A stretch of DNA of 64,000 bases from positions 1 through 64,000 of the forward strand of contig CAMAWH010000027.1 in NCBI GenBank assembly GCA_945861635.1, written 5' to 3'. Source of the stretch: Klebsiella pneumoniae. Lineage in GTDB: Bacteria > Myxococcota_A > UBA796 > SXON01. Positions within the stretch are counted from its first letter, which is position 1; the number at the start of each line of letters is the position of its first letter. Both the position numbers and the translations under genes were made by a program. Below the pieces are notes generated by a model that was given only the letters and a program-made list of their open reading frames with translations, was not told the origin of the DNA and did no database searches. This document shows positions 47,861-56,977 of the stretch, piece by piece.

Positions 47861-48883
47861 ATGGCCCTCCACCCGGGCCGGCCATTGTTCTTCGTTCTTC
47901 TCGCCGCGTGCGTCTCCACAGACGACCATGAATCCTCCGATAACGATGCAAATACCTGCGTCCTCGACTGCGAAGGAGATGCTGACACGGACGCCGATTC
48001 GGACACGGACGCCGATTCGGACACGGACGCCGATGCCGACAGCGATTCGGATAGCGACGCCGACGCCGATCAGGGGCGGCGCTTCGACCATTTCGTCGAC
48101 ACCACCGACGCCTACATTGGCGACACCACCTGCCTCGGCGACGATCCGCCTCAGCCCGACGAGGCGTGCCACGAGGTCATGACCGTCAGCGGCAGCGTGC
48201 GCGACTTCCAGGACAACGACGTCGTTGCCGACGCGGACGTGGCGTGGTGGACGGACGACGACCCCAGCGGCGCCGCGGACGCCCAGTCCACAACGAACAG
48301 CAGCGGCCAGTTTTCACTGAGCGCCTGGGCGTGCCAGCCGATGGCGGTCCGGACCTCCACTCCTCCAGAATGGGAACAGACGGTGGATACTCTCCGCCAG
48401 CACACGGTGTACGGATGGGAGTCCGACGGAAAAATCAGCGTGGTCGCTGCCTCTTTTGGCGAGTCAACGGCGAGACTCATCCCCGCGCTGGTGGGCGACG
48501 CGTGGGACCGTGCGAGCGGGCTGATTTCGGGAATCGTCGTCGATTGCGCCGGTGACGCCGTTGAAAACGCCCAGATCTTCGTACACGACGCTGGCGGAGA
48601 CGGCGCGTCCGACATGGAGGTCTACTACTTTGACGACGACACCCTGCCTGCGGCGCACGACGACCAGCCAGACTCCAGCGACAATGGACTGTGGGTTGCC
48701 ATCAACGTCCCCCCGGGAGAGTGGACGGCGGACGCGTGGGGCTGGGACGGCGGGGAATACGTATTGCTGGGCTCAACGCCGCTCCTCGCCACCGCCGGCG
48801 CCGCCACCATCCTGGAAATCGTGGCCGGTCAGGACGACGGCATCGACTGGCCGGCGTCGTGCACCGACGCCTGCGGCGAATGA
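47861..48883 (+). CDS. Lipoprotein with a (DADSDT)n acidic tandem repeat and a Cys-containing C-terminal domain.
   Basis: Lipobox VLLAAC. DADTDADSDTDADSDTDADADSDSDSDADAD. Its start is only 30 bp from the divergent 46032..47831 gene. Confidence 0.5.
   Translation: MALHPGRPLFFVLLAACVSTDDHESSDNDANTCVLDCEGDADTDADSDTDADSDTDADADSDSDSDADADQGRRFDHFVDTTDAYIGDTTCLGDDPPQPDEACHEVMTVSGSVRDFQDNDVVADADVAWWTDDDPSGAADAQSTTNSSGQFSLSAWACQPMAVRTSTPPEWEQTVDTLRQHTVYGWESDGKISVVAASFGESTARLIPALVGDAWDRASGLISGIVVDCAGDAVENAQIFVHDAGGDGASDMEVYYFDDDTLPAAHDDQPDSSDNGLWVAINVPPGEWTADAWGWDGGEYVLLGSTPLLATAGAATILEIVAGQDDGIDWPASCTDACGE
47978..48070. repeat. Tandem repeat inside the CDS: three perfect copies of the 18-nt unit gacacggacgccgattcg plus degenerate hexamers.
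   Basis: Direct inspection of 47989..48042. Confidence 0.85.
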
Positions 48884-48960
48884 GGTTTCTGGAACGTCAC
48901 ACAACGACGCGGGCGGACGCGTTGGCGTCCGGCTAACCGATCCGCAATGGGAACTATCGC

Positions 48961-49611
48961 ATGAGCTGGCTTCAACGCACCATCAAGTGGTTTCTCCCTG
49001 AGGAAGGTCGTTTTTTTGACTATCTCGACGCCGCCGCCAAGGCCGCCGTCGATGCCGCTGACCTCTTCAACGCGCTCACAAAGGCGCAGGGTCGCGACCA
49101 ACAGCTCATTCTCGTCGAACGCATCCGGGATGCCGAGCACGATGGCGACCGTGCGAAGAAGGACATGAGTGACGCGCTGGACCGCACCTTCGTCACCCCC
49201 ATCGATCGCGAAGACCTGTACCACCTCGTCGGCGCGTTGGAAAATGTCTCCGACTTCATCGCAGCGACCGCGAACCACCTCACGGTCCATCAGATGGACA
49301 CGCTGCCGGAGGGCTCGCGGGAGCTGAGTGACATCCTCGTCAAGGCGACGGCCCAATTCCAACTTGGCGTGACCCTCCTCCGCGACATGCGCAATGGCGA
49401 GAAGATCCGCGCCGTAGCCATGTCCCTGCAATATCTGGAGCATGAGGCCGACGTCATCTTCCGGCTGCGCCTCGGAGACCTGTTCTCCAATGAGAAAGAT
49501 GCGATCCGGTTGATTAAACATAAGGAGTTCCTCGAAGGACTAGAGAATGCGGTGGACCGGTGTGCGTCCGTCGGCACCAGCCTCGAAGCCATCATGATCA
49601 AGAACGGCTGA
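48961..49611 (+). CDS. DUF47 (PhoU-related, TIGR00153) protein, the usual partner of PiT phosphate transporters.
   Basis: 216 aa, all-helical. FFDYLDAAA..IDREDLYHLVGALENVSDFI..LQYLEHEADVIFRLRLGDLF pattern. Its stop is 4 nt before the PiT start. Confidence 0.75.
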   Translation: MSWLQRTIKWFLPEEGRFFDYLDAAAKAAVDAADLFNALTKAQGRDQQLILVERIRDAEHDGDRAKKDMSDALDRTFVTPIDREDLYHLVGALENVSDFIAATANHLTVHQMDTLPEGSRELSDILVKATAQFQLGVTLLRDMRNGEKIRAVAMSLQYLEHEADVIFRLRLGDLFSNEKDAIRLIKHKEFLEGLENAVDRCASVGTSLEAIMIKNG

Positions 49612-49614
49612 GCC

Positions 49615-50619
49615 GTGACGACGTTTGCCCTGCTCGTGCTGGTGATCACTGCCGCGCTGATCTTTACGTACACCAACGGTTTTTACGATACGGCGAACAC
49701 CATCGCGACCGTCGTTTCCACCGGCGTCCTGCGCCCGCGAACCGCCGTGTTGATGGCGGCCACCCTGAACGTGGCCGGGGCGTTCGCGGGTACCGCCGTC
49801 GCGGCGACCATCGGGAGGGATCTCATCGACCCCGCCTCCGTAACGTTGACGCTGGTCCTCGCCGCGCTCGTCGGTGCCATCGCGTGGACATTGTTCACGT
49901 GGTACTTCGGGATTCCGTCCTCGTCCTCGCACGCATTGGTGGGCGGGCTGGTCGGCGCAACCTGGGTGTCCGCCGGCCGAGACCACATCCTGCGCGGCGG
50001 CATCGACAAGGTCGTAAAGGCTCTGGTGCTTTCTCCATTTCTCGGGTTCGGCGCCGCCTTTGTCGCGATGATCGCGGTCTACTGGATCGTGCGCCGTATG
50101 CCGCCAAACCGCATCAATATCGTATTTCGTCGCCTGCAACTGTGTTCGAGCGCGCTCGTGGCCTTCTCGCACGGAACGAACGACGCGCAGAAGTCGATGG
50201 GGGTGATCACGATGGCGCTGGTCGCGACCCAGAGCGCGCCGACCGATCTTGGAAACTTCCCGGTTCCGCTCTGGGTAACGGTCGCATCGGCGGCCGCGAT
50301 GGGCTTGGGCACGGCCATGGGCGGCTGGCGGATCATCCAAACCATGGGCACGAAGATTTTCAAGTTGCGCCCGATCCACGGATTCGTGGCGGAAACAGCG
50401 GCCGCCTCCGTGATCCAGTTTTGCTCGGTGTACGGGCTCCCGACCTCTACGGCCCACTGCATCACCAGCGCGATCATGGGCGCCGGCGCTACAACCCGCC
50501 TGAGCGCGGTGTCCTGGGGCGTCACCCGTGGCATCGCCGTGGCGTGGCTGTTGACCATCCCCGCGAGCGCGCTGATCGGCGCCGGTGCCTACAAGGTTTG
50601 CGTCGCGCTCCACCTCTGA
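49615..50619 (+). CDS. pit: Inorganic phosphate transporter, PiT (PHO4) family.
   Basis: FTYTNGFYDTANTIATVV, FSHGTNDAQKSMGVITMAL, STAHCITSAIMGAG are PiT signature blocks. About 10 TM helices. Confidence 0.85.
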   Translation: MTTFALLVLVITAALIFTYTNGFYDTANTIATVVSTGVLRPRTAVLMAATLNVAGAFAGTAVAATIGRDLIDPASVTLTLVLAALVGAIAWTLFTWYFGIPSSSSHALVGGLVGATWVSAGRDHILRGGIDKVVKALVLSPFLGFGAAFVAMIAVYWIVRRMPPNRINIVFRRLQLCSSALVAFSHGTNDAQKSMGVITMALVATQSAPTDLGNFPVPLWVTVASAAAMGLGTAMGGWRIIQTMGTKIFKLRPIHGFVAETAAASVIQFCSVYGLPTSTAHCITSAIMGAGATTRLSAVSWGVTRGIAVAWLLTIPASALIGAGAYKVCVALHL

Positions 50620-50636
50620 GGAGCGGCGCGGCGCGT

Positions 50637-52712
50637 CTACGCCGCGGCCACCCATCGCGAAGCCCGTACCGCCGCCTCGATGACCGTGGCGCCGTAGTCG
50701 TCCGCGCCCATGGCAAACGCCGCGCGAATCTCGTCAACACCGCCAGCCTCGCCGATGACGACGACGCGGACGCCCCGATCACGGAGGGCAGCCACCAAGC
50801 CACGCGCATCGGAGAGCGCAACCAACGCCACCGCCGGTGCCTCCGCCTCCATTGCCCCGCGCACGGCCGCCGGCGACCACACGAACCGCACATCCACACG
50901 CTCTCCAAACGCTTCCGCAACCGCGCCACGCGCGAGTATATCGGCGTGAAGCACAAGGGCCGCGGGTCGGGCGACCGCACAAGCACTCGCGCGCCCACCG
51001 GTGACGGCGTGGATTGCAGGCGCCACGACGTCCGGCGCGGCAACCACCTGCATCGGGGCCGCAGCAGCGCCCGTCGGCACCGGACGGAGCCTCGGCGCAG
51101 CAGACAAACCGACCGCGCGAGGCTCAACAGCCGCCGCCTTCGGCCACGACCACGACGGGCGCGCCGGCACGTTCCGATGGATCTCGGACGCCGCAACCTC
51201 ACCGGCGGCGGCGCGATCCATCGCGACGGTACGGATGCACCGGCGGCCAACCGCGACTGCGCACTCGCCAATGCGTCGCAGCGGCGCGCCATCCGCAATC
51301 GCCTCGCGCAGTGCATCATCGACGACCACCAGTTCGAACAGCGCGCGCAGACCGTCTGTGCCCCGGTAGCGACACGATGGGCAACCCGGGCCCGCGACGG
51401 GCGCCAGGAACGTGCTCGCTCCGTGCTCCGGCGCGAACTCCGGCGCACACGCACCGTGCGCGCCGACCTGCTCGCTCCCCATTCCGGGAGAGCACCACGC
51501 ACACACGCGCCGCACCAAACGCTGGTGCAACGCACCGCGAAGCGTCAGCGCCAACACCGTTCCGGGTGCGCCCAACTCGCGCAACCGGGCGATCGCCTCC
51601 GGGATGCCGTGGGTGTGCACCCGACCGAAGACCAGTTCTCCGCGTTCCACAGCGGCCAGCGCGTTTGCCACGCTTTCGGCATCGCGCAGCAGCATCACCG
51701 GCACACCGGCGGCAGTTGCCGTGCTTGCGCAACCGGAGCCTTCAGGTCCAACGAGTAAAACCAGCCCGTGACCACGGGAAAGCCCGGACCATGCGGACTC
51801 CACTGCCGGCGACATTCCCAGGTCCGCCGTCCGGCGCAACGACGACGCGAAGCGAATGACGAGCGCACCGCCCGCAGGACCCGGTCCCGCCGACGCAATC
51901 GTAGGCACGGTCCGCTCCCCGATGGCAATCGACATCCGCGCGACCACCGACCGCCGCGATTCTCCGGGCTCAAGGCCAGCCACGACTTTCAGTCGCGCCA
52001 CGAGCATTGACGTCATCGCAGCCGGAATCTCCATCACGTCGGTAGAAACGCCGTCGTAGACGTGACGAACGATTCCGCTCTCGATACGAAGCTCACGCGA
52101 ACCAAGCTCCACCGCGTGGGCGAGGAGCGCAATGGCGACGTCAACAACCGGCTTTCCCGGCCCTCGTTTGAGGCGTGCAAGGATGGCTCGCGTGTCCAAC
52201 TCCATCCCCGTGGGAGAGAGGACGGGCGGCCGCTCGTCGGGCGTCAGCTTCTGGAACGCACGAGCAACGGCGGGAGAGGTGTCGTAGTGTCGGCGAATCG
52301 CCTCCAAAATGCGCTCCTCCGACGCGACGGCCACCACCGGCGCGGCAACGCCCAACAACCCCGCCAACTCCCGCACCGCCGGAGCCGAACGCGGCTCAGA
52401 CATCGCAAGGACAAGGCCGCTTTGCCCCTTGAGGGGAATCGCTCGGTGGCGCTCCGCGACATCCCGCGGCAGCTTCCATAGCGCAACGGGATCGACGGGC
52501 TCCCGGAGCGGATCTACATAACGGAGGCCGAATTGCGTCGCGACGGCACGCGCCAGGCGCTCCGCCTTGACCTCGCCCATCTCGACGAGGAGGGTACCGA
52601 GCCGCTTGCGCCCGCGCGCCGCACGCTGCGAATCGAGCGCCGACGCCACGGCGCCCGCCGAAACGCCTTCGTCCTCCGTCAGGATCTCGCCCAGCATCCG
52701 CGCGCCGTCCAT
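50637..52712 (-). CDS. GspE/PilB-family secretion-ATPase-like signalling protein: tandem MshEN (predicted c-di-GMP-binding) motifs, an ATPase core with a degenerate Walker A, a tetra-Cys motif and a C-terminal receiver (REC) domain.
   Basis: MLGEILTEDEGVSAGAVASALDSQ and RLGTLLVEMGEVKAERLARAVATQ follow RLGxxLVxxGxVxxxxLxxALxxQ. LLVGPEGSGCAST sits where GPTGSGKTT is expected. CAWCSPG..CPSCRYRG. C-terminal VVVIGEAGGVDEIRAAFAMGADDYGATV. Confidence 0.65.
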   Translation of the reverse strand: MDGARMLGEILTEDEGVSAGAVASALDSQRAARGRKRLGTLLVEMGEVKAERLARAVATQFGLRYVDPLREPVDPVALWKLPRDVAERHRAIPLKGQSGLVLAMSEPRSAPAVRELAGLLGVAAPVVAVASEERILEAIRRHYDTSPAVARAFQKLTPDERPPVLSPTGMELDTRAILARLKRGPGKPVVDVAIALLAHAVELGSRELRIESGIVRHVYDGVSTDVMEIPAAMTSMLVARLKVVAGLEPGESRRSVVARMSIAIGERTVPTIASAGPGPAGGALVIRFASSLRRTADLGMSPAVESAWSGLSRGHGLVLLVGPEGSGCASTATAAGVPVMLLRDAESVANALAAVERGELVFGRVHTHGIPEAIARLRELGAPGTVLALTLRGALHQRLVRRVCAWCSPGMGSEQVGAHGACAPEFAPEHGASTFLAPVAGPGCPSCRYRGTDGLRALFELVVVDDALREAIADGAPLRRIGECAVAVGRRCIRTVAMDRAAAGEVAASEIHRNVPARPSWSWPKAAAVEPRAVGLSAAPRLRPVPTGAAAAPMQVVAAPDVVAPAIHAVTGGRASACAVARPAALVLHADILARGAVAEAFGERVDVRFVWSPAAVRGAMEAEAPAVALVALSDARGLVAALRDRGVRVVVIGEAGGVDEIRAAFAMGADDYGATVIEAAVRASRWVAAA

Positions 52713-52806
52713 GCCGAACTCCTCGGGATCGATGCGCGCATCCCATGGCCGGGGATCGGATCGGGGAGCGGGCGGCGAGAGGGGGAGACGAGCGGCGGCG
52801 GCGAGA

Positions 52807-53661
52807 TCAGTGAAACGTGATCGTCACCGTGCCCGCGGCGAGGCAAGCCGCGCCGAGCACCGCCCCCGCGATGGCTGCAGCGGCGGCGACGTTGGTCTGC
52901 GCACCAAGCGCGGCAAGATCGTCCTGATCCTGAATGGCCGCGTTGTCGAGGTCATGGAACTGTGCGTTGAGCTCGGCGGATCGGCCAAATGCGACCACGG
53001 CGCCTACGCCGAGAGCCGCGCCGGTCACGACAAACGGCACGCTCACCGGGCTGCGGAGCCCGACGCGGATGCCGCGATGCCCCGGACGCAGCGGGCGCGG
53101 CGCCGCGACGACAACAGCGGCCGGCAACGGCTCGACCGGCAACGGCTCGACCGCGATCGGCGCGGCCGGGATCGGCGCTTCCTCACCCTTCGGGTCGTCG
53201 GCCCCCACGCATACGAGGTAGCGGGTGCGCCATTCGCCGTCCTCGACGCTCTGCACGATGGCCGCGCGATCGACGTAGACAAGGGCCCCGTCCACGCCGT
53301 CCACAACGGCGCGCCCGCTTGCCAGAGCGGGGGCCGCGCTCTGGGGCTCCGATCGCGCATACAGCCGCGCCAGCGCGGGCGAAGGATTCCACGCCGGGTC
53401 GGCCGCGCGGGCCGCGCGCATCTCCGAGATCGCTTCGGAGTCGGCGCCGCGAACGAGGGCATCTCTGGCCATCACACGGTGGTACAATGCCGCGTCGAGC
53501 GGCGTGATCGCCTCGGCGAGGCAGGGCAACATCGCCCGCGCGCGCGCCGGCGCTTCCGGGTCGTGCTGCGCCTGCATGAGCTGCATGGCGAGCGTGTCGG
53601 CCATCACGACGGTGTCACAGGCAAGGGCGCGACCGACCCACAGCCAGACCCACATCACCAC
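52807..53661 (-). CDS. Hypothetical membrane-anchored protein with a PxxEPLP repeat and a C-terminal TM helix.
   Basis: Signal-like MVMWVWLWVGRALA. PIAVEPLPVEPLP. C-terminal AAAAAIAGAVLGAACLAAG. Overlaps the upstream gene by 7 nt (operon). Confidence 0.35.
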   Translation of the reverse strand: MVMWVWLWVGRALACDTVVMADTLAMQLMQAQHDPEAPARARAMLPCLAEAITPLDAALYHRVMARDALVRGADSEAISEMRAARAADPAWNPSPALARLYARSEPQSAAPALASGRAVVDGVDGALVYVDRAAIVQSVEDGEWRTRYLVCVGADDPKGEEAPIPAAPIAVEPLPVEPLPAAVVVAAPRPLRPGHRGIRVGLRSPVSVPFVVTGAALGVGAVVAFGRSAELNAQFHDLDNAAIQDQDDLAALGAQTNVAAAAAIAGAVLGAACLAAGTVTITFH

Positions 53662-55868
53662 ACCCCACCGGGCCCGCCGTTGCTCCCCAAATCCGCGCGC
53701 GTGCCATCCGCATCCGTCAACGCGGGATTACCGGCGTCAAGGGCCGAAGACCCGGCGGAAAGCACGAAGCTGTCGTCCGTGGCGTCGCCATTGCAGGTGA
53801 ACGTCAAGAGCGGTGCCGTGGTGATCAGCACCCCATCTCCCGTCGCCACGCCCGCCCCGAGGGTGGCCCCGCCGCCATCTCCCACCGCCGTCCAGGTCAC
53901 TCGCATGGCGCCCTTTCCCCCAAGTGTGGCATCTCCCGCGCCGCCAAAGACAATCGCGTCCTCCAAATCCGCAATCGACCCGGCCACGCCGTCGATTTCT
54001 GCCGGCCCGTCGGTTCCCGCGACCCCGTCAAAGGCAAGGTCGGCAAACGCCACTGCCAGCGTTGCGTACCCGTTCCCGAGAAAAAAACCACCGCCGCGGC
54101 CGGTGGACACGTTGCACCAGGCACGCACTTGCTCCCCATCGAACGTGCTCTCCCCCATCCACACGCCGGCGCCCTCTGCTGCTGTGTTGCCCTCGACAAC
54201 CAACTGCGCCGTCGTCACGGAAGCGCCGTCGTCCACGTAGACGCCTCCGCCCGTGACCGCGTGGTTGGTCTTGATGCTCACATGGGTCATATCGAGCGTA
54301 CCGCCGCGCACGCACAAGCCCCCGCCCGCGCTCGTCAACGTCGTAAGGGCGCCCGTGCCATCGATCGACGTGTCCTCGTCCGGAAGCGGGACGCCCACGA
54401 TGCGATCGTTGGCGAGCAGGAGGTCGGCGTCCTCCGCATAAACCGCGCCTCCGCACAGCGTCCACGTCGTGTCCGCGCCATCAACCGTTTCGATCGGATA
54501 GCCGCTGCCGCCGGTGATCGTAAAGCCCTCGATGCTGACGGCGCTCATGCCGATCACGGTGATGGTAGGCGAACACGCGGGCCACGAGGCCAAAGCGCAC
54601 GGCCAGAGCCCTGGGTCGATGACGGTCACGGCGGGCCCCTCCGTGCTGGTGATCGCGACCGGGCCGTCACCCAAGTCGAGCGTCTCCGCATAGACGCCCG
54701 GGCCGACGACGATGCACGACGCGGATGTAGCGATCGCCTCCGTCAGCGAGTCAAACGGGTCTCCGAAGGCGCCGGTTGCCCCGGCGTGTCCCGTTGCCGC
54801 GTCCACCAAGCGGGGCGTTGCGCTGCTCGTATCCAGGCAATCGAGCGCGTTGGTCACAAACCCACTCTGGGGGACGCAATGGCGGCGCTTCCCGGCCGGA
54901 TCCCCGAAGCCGTCCGCGTCGCCATCTCTCCACTCGATCCAATCGTCCACATGCCCATCACAATCATTATCGATGTCGTCCGGACAGATTTCGGTCGTGC
55001 GGCTGCTGCGGGCCGCGTCCGTGTCGTCACAGTCACCCGCACCCAAAACCCAACCGGACGGCGCGACACACAGCACAGGCGTGGCGGCCATATCCCCATC
55101 CCCGTCTCCATCGATGTCCGGGTAAAACGCGTCATCGTCCTGGCGACCATCACAGTTGTCGTCGAGCCCATTCTCACAGTCCTCGACAGCGCCGGGGTAG
55201 ACGGCGGCCGCATCATCGTCACAGTCCCCCCCAAGCGCGGCGTACCCGTCGGGGATCGTGCACTGTTCGCCGCCGAGGCTTGGATCCCCAAATCCATCCC
55301 CGTCGGCGTCTTTCCAGACCGGAATCGTCATTCCGTCGTCCGTGGCGCCGTCGCAATCGTTGTCCACGCCGTCACAGACCTCGACCGCGCCCGGGTTGAT
55401 CGTCGGGACGGTATCCGCACAATCCCCACCCACCGTGACGTACCCCGCCAGCGGAACACACGTGTTTATCCGCCCGATATCTTCTCCCCAGCCATCTCCA
55501 TCCGCGTCCGGGTACCGGACCCGATGGTCGAGCCATTCGTCGACGATGCCGTCACAGTCGTTGTCCAGGCCATCACAGATCTCCGCCGCTTCGACGTGAA
55601 TGGCGGGGTCGGCGTCATCGCAATCCCCCGCTCGCTCGGTCCACCCGTCGTCGGCCGCGCAGTGGTTCCCGCGTCTGTCCAGCGAACCATACCGGTCACC
55701 ATCGGCATCCCGAAACATGCTGATCGTCTCGCCGACAGCAGCATCCCGGTCGTCACAGTCGAAGGGAAAGTGCACGTCGTCCCCGTCAGGATCGAGGCGC
55801 TGGTCCCAATCGGCGTCGAACAAAAGCGTGCAGCCGCTTGACAACAGCAGCAGCGACCCGCCGAGCAT
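53655..55868 (-). CDS. Lipoprotein with MopE-type Cys-rich repeats and a parallel beta-helix domain.
   Basis: Lipobox LLLLSSGC. At least 6 units CDDxDxxxxPGAxExCDGxDNDCDG. Gly-rich beta-helix repeats (TGGGVYVDDGASV, GNTAAEGAGVWMG..). Confidence 0.6.
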   Translation of the reverse strand: MLGGSLLLLSSGCTLLFDADWDQRLDPDGDDVHFPFDCDDRDAAVGETISMFRDADGDRYGSLDRRGNHCAADDGWTERAGDCDDADPAIHVEAAEICDGLDNDCDGIVDEWLDHRVRYPDADGDGWGEDIGRINTCVPLAGYVTVGGDCADTVPTINPGAVEVCDGVDNDCDGATDDGMTIPVWKDADGDGFGDPSLGGEQCTIPDGYAALGGDCDDDAAAVYPGAVEDCENGLDDNCDGRQDDDAFYPDIDGDGDGDMAATPVLCVAPSGWVLGAGDCDDTDAARSSRTTEICPDDIDNDCDGHVDDWIEWRDGDADGFGDPAGKRRHCVPQSGFVTNALDCLDTSSATPRLVDAATGHAGATGAFGDPFDSLTEAIATSASCIVVGPGVYAETLDLGDGPVAITSTEGPAVTVIDPGLWPCALASWPACSPTITVIGMSAVSIEGFTITGGSGYPIETVDGADTTWTLCGGAVYAEDADLLLANDRIVGVPLPDEDTSIDGTGALTTLTSAGGGLCVRGGTLDMTHVSIKTNHAVTGGGVYVDDGASVTTAQLVVEGNTAAEGAGVWMGESTFDGEQVRAWCNVSTGRGGGFFLGNGYATLAVAFADLAFDGVAGTDGPAEIDGVAGSIADLEDAIVFGGAGDATLGGKGAMRVTWTAVGDGGGATLGAGVATGDGVLITTAPLLTFTCNGDATDDSFVLSAGSSALDAGNPALTDADGTRADLGSNGGPGGVW

Positions 55869-55912
55869 TCGGCCCCCGGCGTGACGATGGCGTGCAACCA
55901 CCAACGCCGCCT

Positions 55913-56977
55913 CTACGCGGCCCGACGGGAGGTCGGCCGACGACGCGCGCGCACCATCAGCGCTCCGAGCCCGATGGCGAGTGCACCCGCCGGCCCCGCC
56001 ATGCCGCAACGGGCCGGCCCCCCGAGTAGCGCGTCGTCATCACAGGCGTCGGAGGTGCCATCCTGGTCCACGTCGTGGCCCGCTCGGTCCCAAATCGTCG
56101 GACAGCCGTCACACACATCTCCCCGGAGATCCCGATCCTGATCGCGTTGATCCGGGTTGGCCTCGAACGCGCAGTTGTCACACCGGTCACCGATTTCGTC
56201 CAAGTCGTGGTCGATCTGCTTGGGGTCCGACACCTGTGGACACAGGTCGCACACATCTCCAAAGCCGTCTTCGTCGGCATCGATGCCGCCGTCGAAGGCA
56301 TCGTTGGGGCACACATCGCACGCGTCACCGGTTGCATCTCCATCACGATCGTTTTGGTCGGAATTTTCCTCACCCACACAGTTATCGCAAGCGTTCCCCC
56401 AGTTGTCTCCGTCATTGTTCTCCTGGGTGGGATTCCAGAGCGTGAGGCAGTTATCACACTCTTCCCCGCTGCCGTCACCGTCGAGATCCTCCTGTGCGGG
56501 GTTGAAATGAGTCGGGCAGTTATCGCACTCATCTCCCAGGCCGTCCTCATCGGAGTCACCCTGACCCTGATTCTCGATGGTGGGACAATTATCGCAGGCA
56601 TTTCCGAGATCGTCACAGTCCTCGTCCAACTGGTCGGTATTCGGCGTATCCCTACAATTATCACACCTGAAGATGACGGTCAGGTCAGGCAGTCCGTCCA
56701 CCCCCAGCAGCGTGATCACACCGTTGGCGAGTCCATCAAGATCCCCATCGAGCGGAAGGAGAAAATATGCGCAACCGAACGAGCCGTAGTCATAGTACCA
56801 ATCGGCCGTCGGATACGGAACGCCATTGGTGTCGATGTTGGCGGCACACTGCGGGTCCGAAAGATCCACCGGTTCCTCAAGATCCCAGTTGACCAGATTG
56901 CAATTGATGTCCTGAGTGAGCGTAGGATTTCCACACGGCTCGGCAAACGCGAGGGCGGCCCAAAGGAACGGGATCAT
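55913..56977 (-). CDS. Thrombospondin type-3 (TSP3) repeat protein, calcium-binding, with a C-terminal hydrophobic helix and Arg-rich tail (MYXO-CTERM-like variant).
   Basis: More than 10 repeats of DxDxDGxGDxCDNCP (DSDEDGLGDECDNCP, DLDGDGSGEECDNCL, DGDNWGNACDNCV...). Signal peptide. C-terminal ARCGMAGPAGALAIGLGALMVRARRRP. Confidence 0.7.
   Translation of the reverse strand: MIPFLWAALAFAEPCGNPTLTQDINCNLVNWDLEEPVDLSDPQCAANIDTNGVPYPTADWYYDYGSFGCAYFLLPLDGDLDGLANGVITLLGVDGLPDLTVIFRCDNCRDTPNTDQLDEDCDDLGNACDNCPTIENQGQGDSDEDGLGDECDNCPTHFNPAQEDLDGDGSGEECDNCLTLWNPTQENNDGDNWGNACDNCVGEENSDQNDRDGDATGDACDVCPNDAFDGGIDADEDGFGDVCDLCPQVSDPKQIDHDLDEIGDRCDNCAFEANPDQRDQDRDLRGDVCDGCPTIWDRAGHDVDQDGTSDACDDDALLGGPARCGMAGPAGALAIGLGALMVRARRRPTSRRAA

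Noticed and set aside
48961-50619. DUF47-PiT pair as something unusual.
   Set aside because: This is the standard, widely conserved arrangement of PiT-family phosphate transporters with their PhoU-like DUF47 partner. It is ordinary housekeeping.
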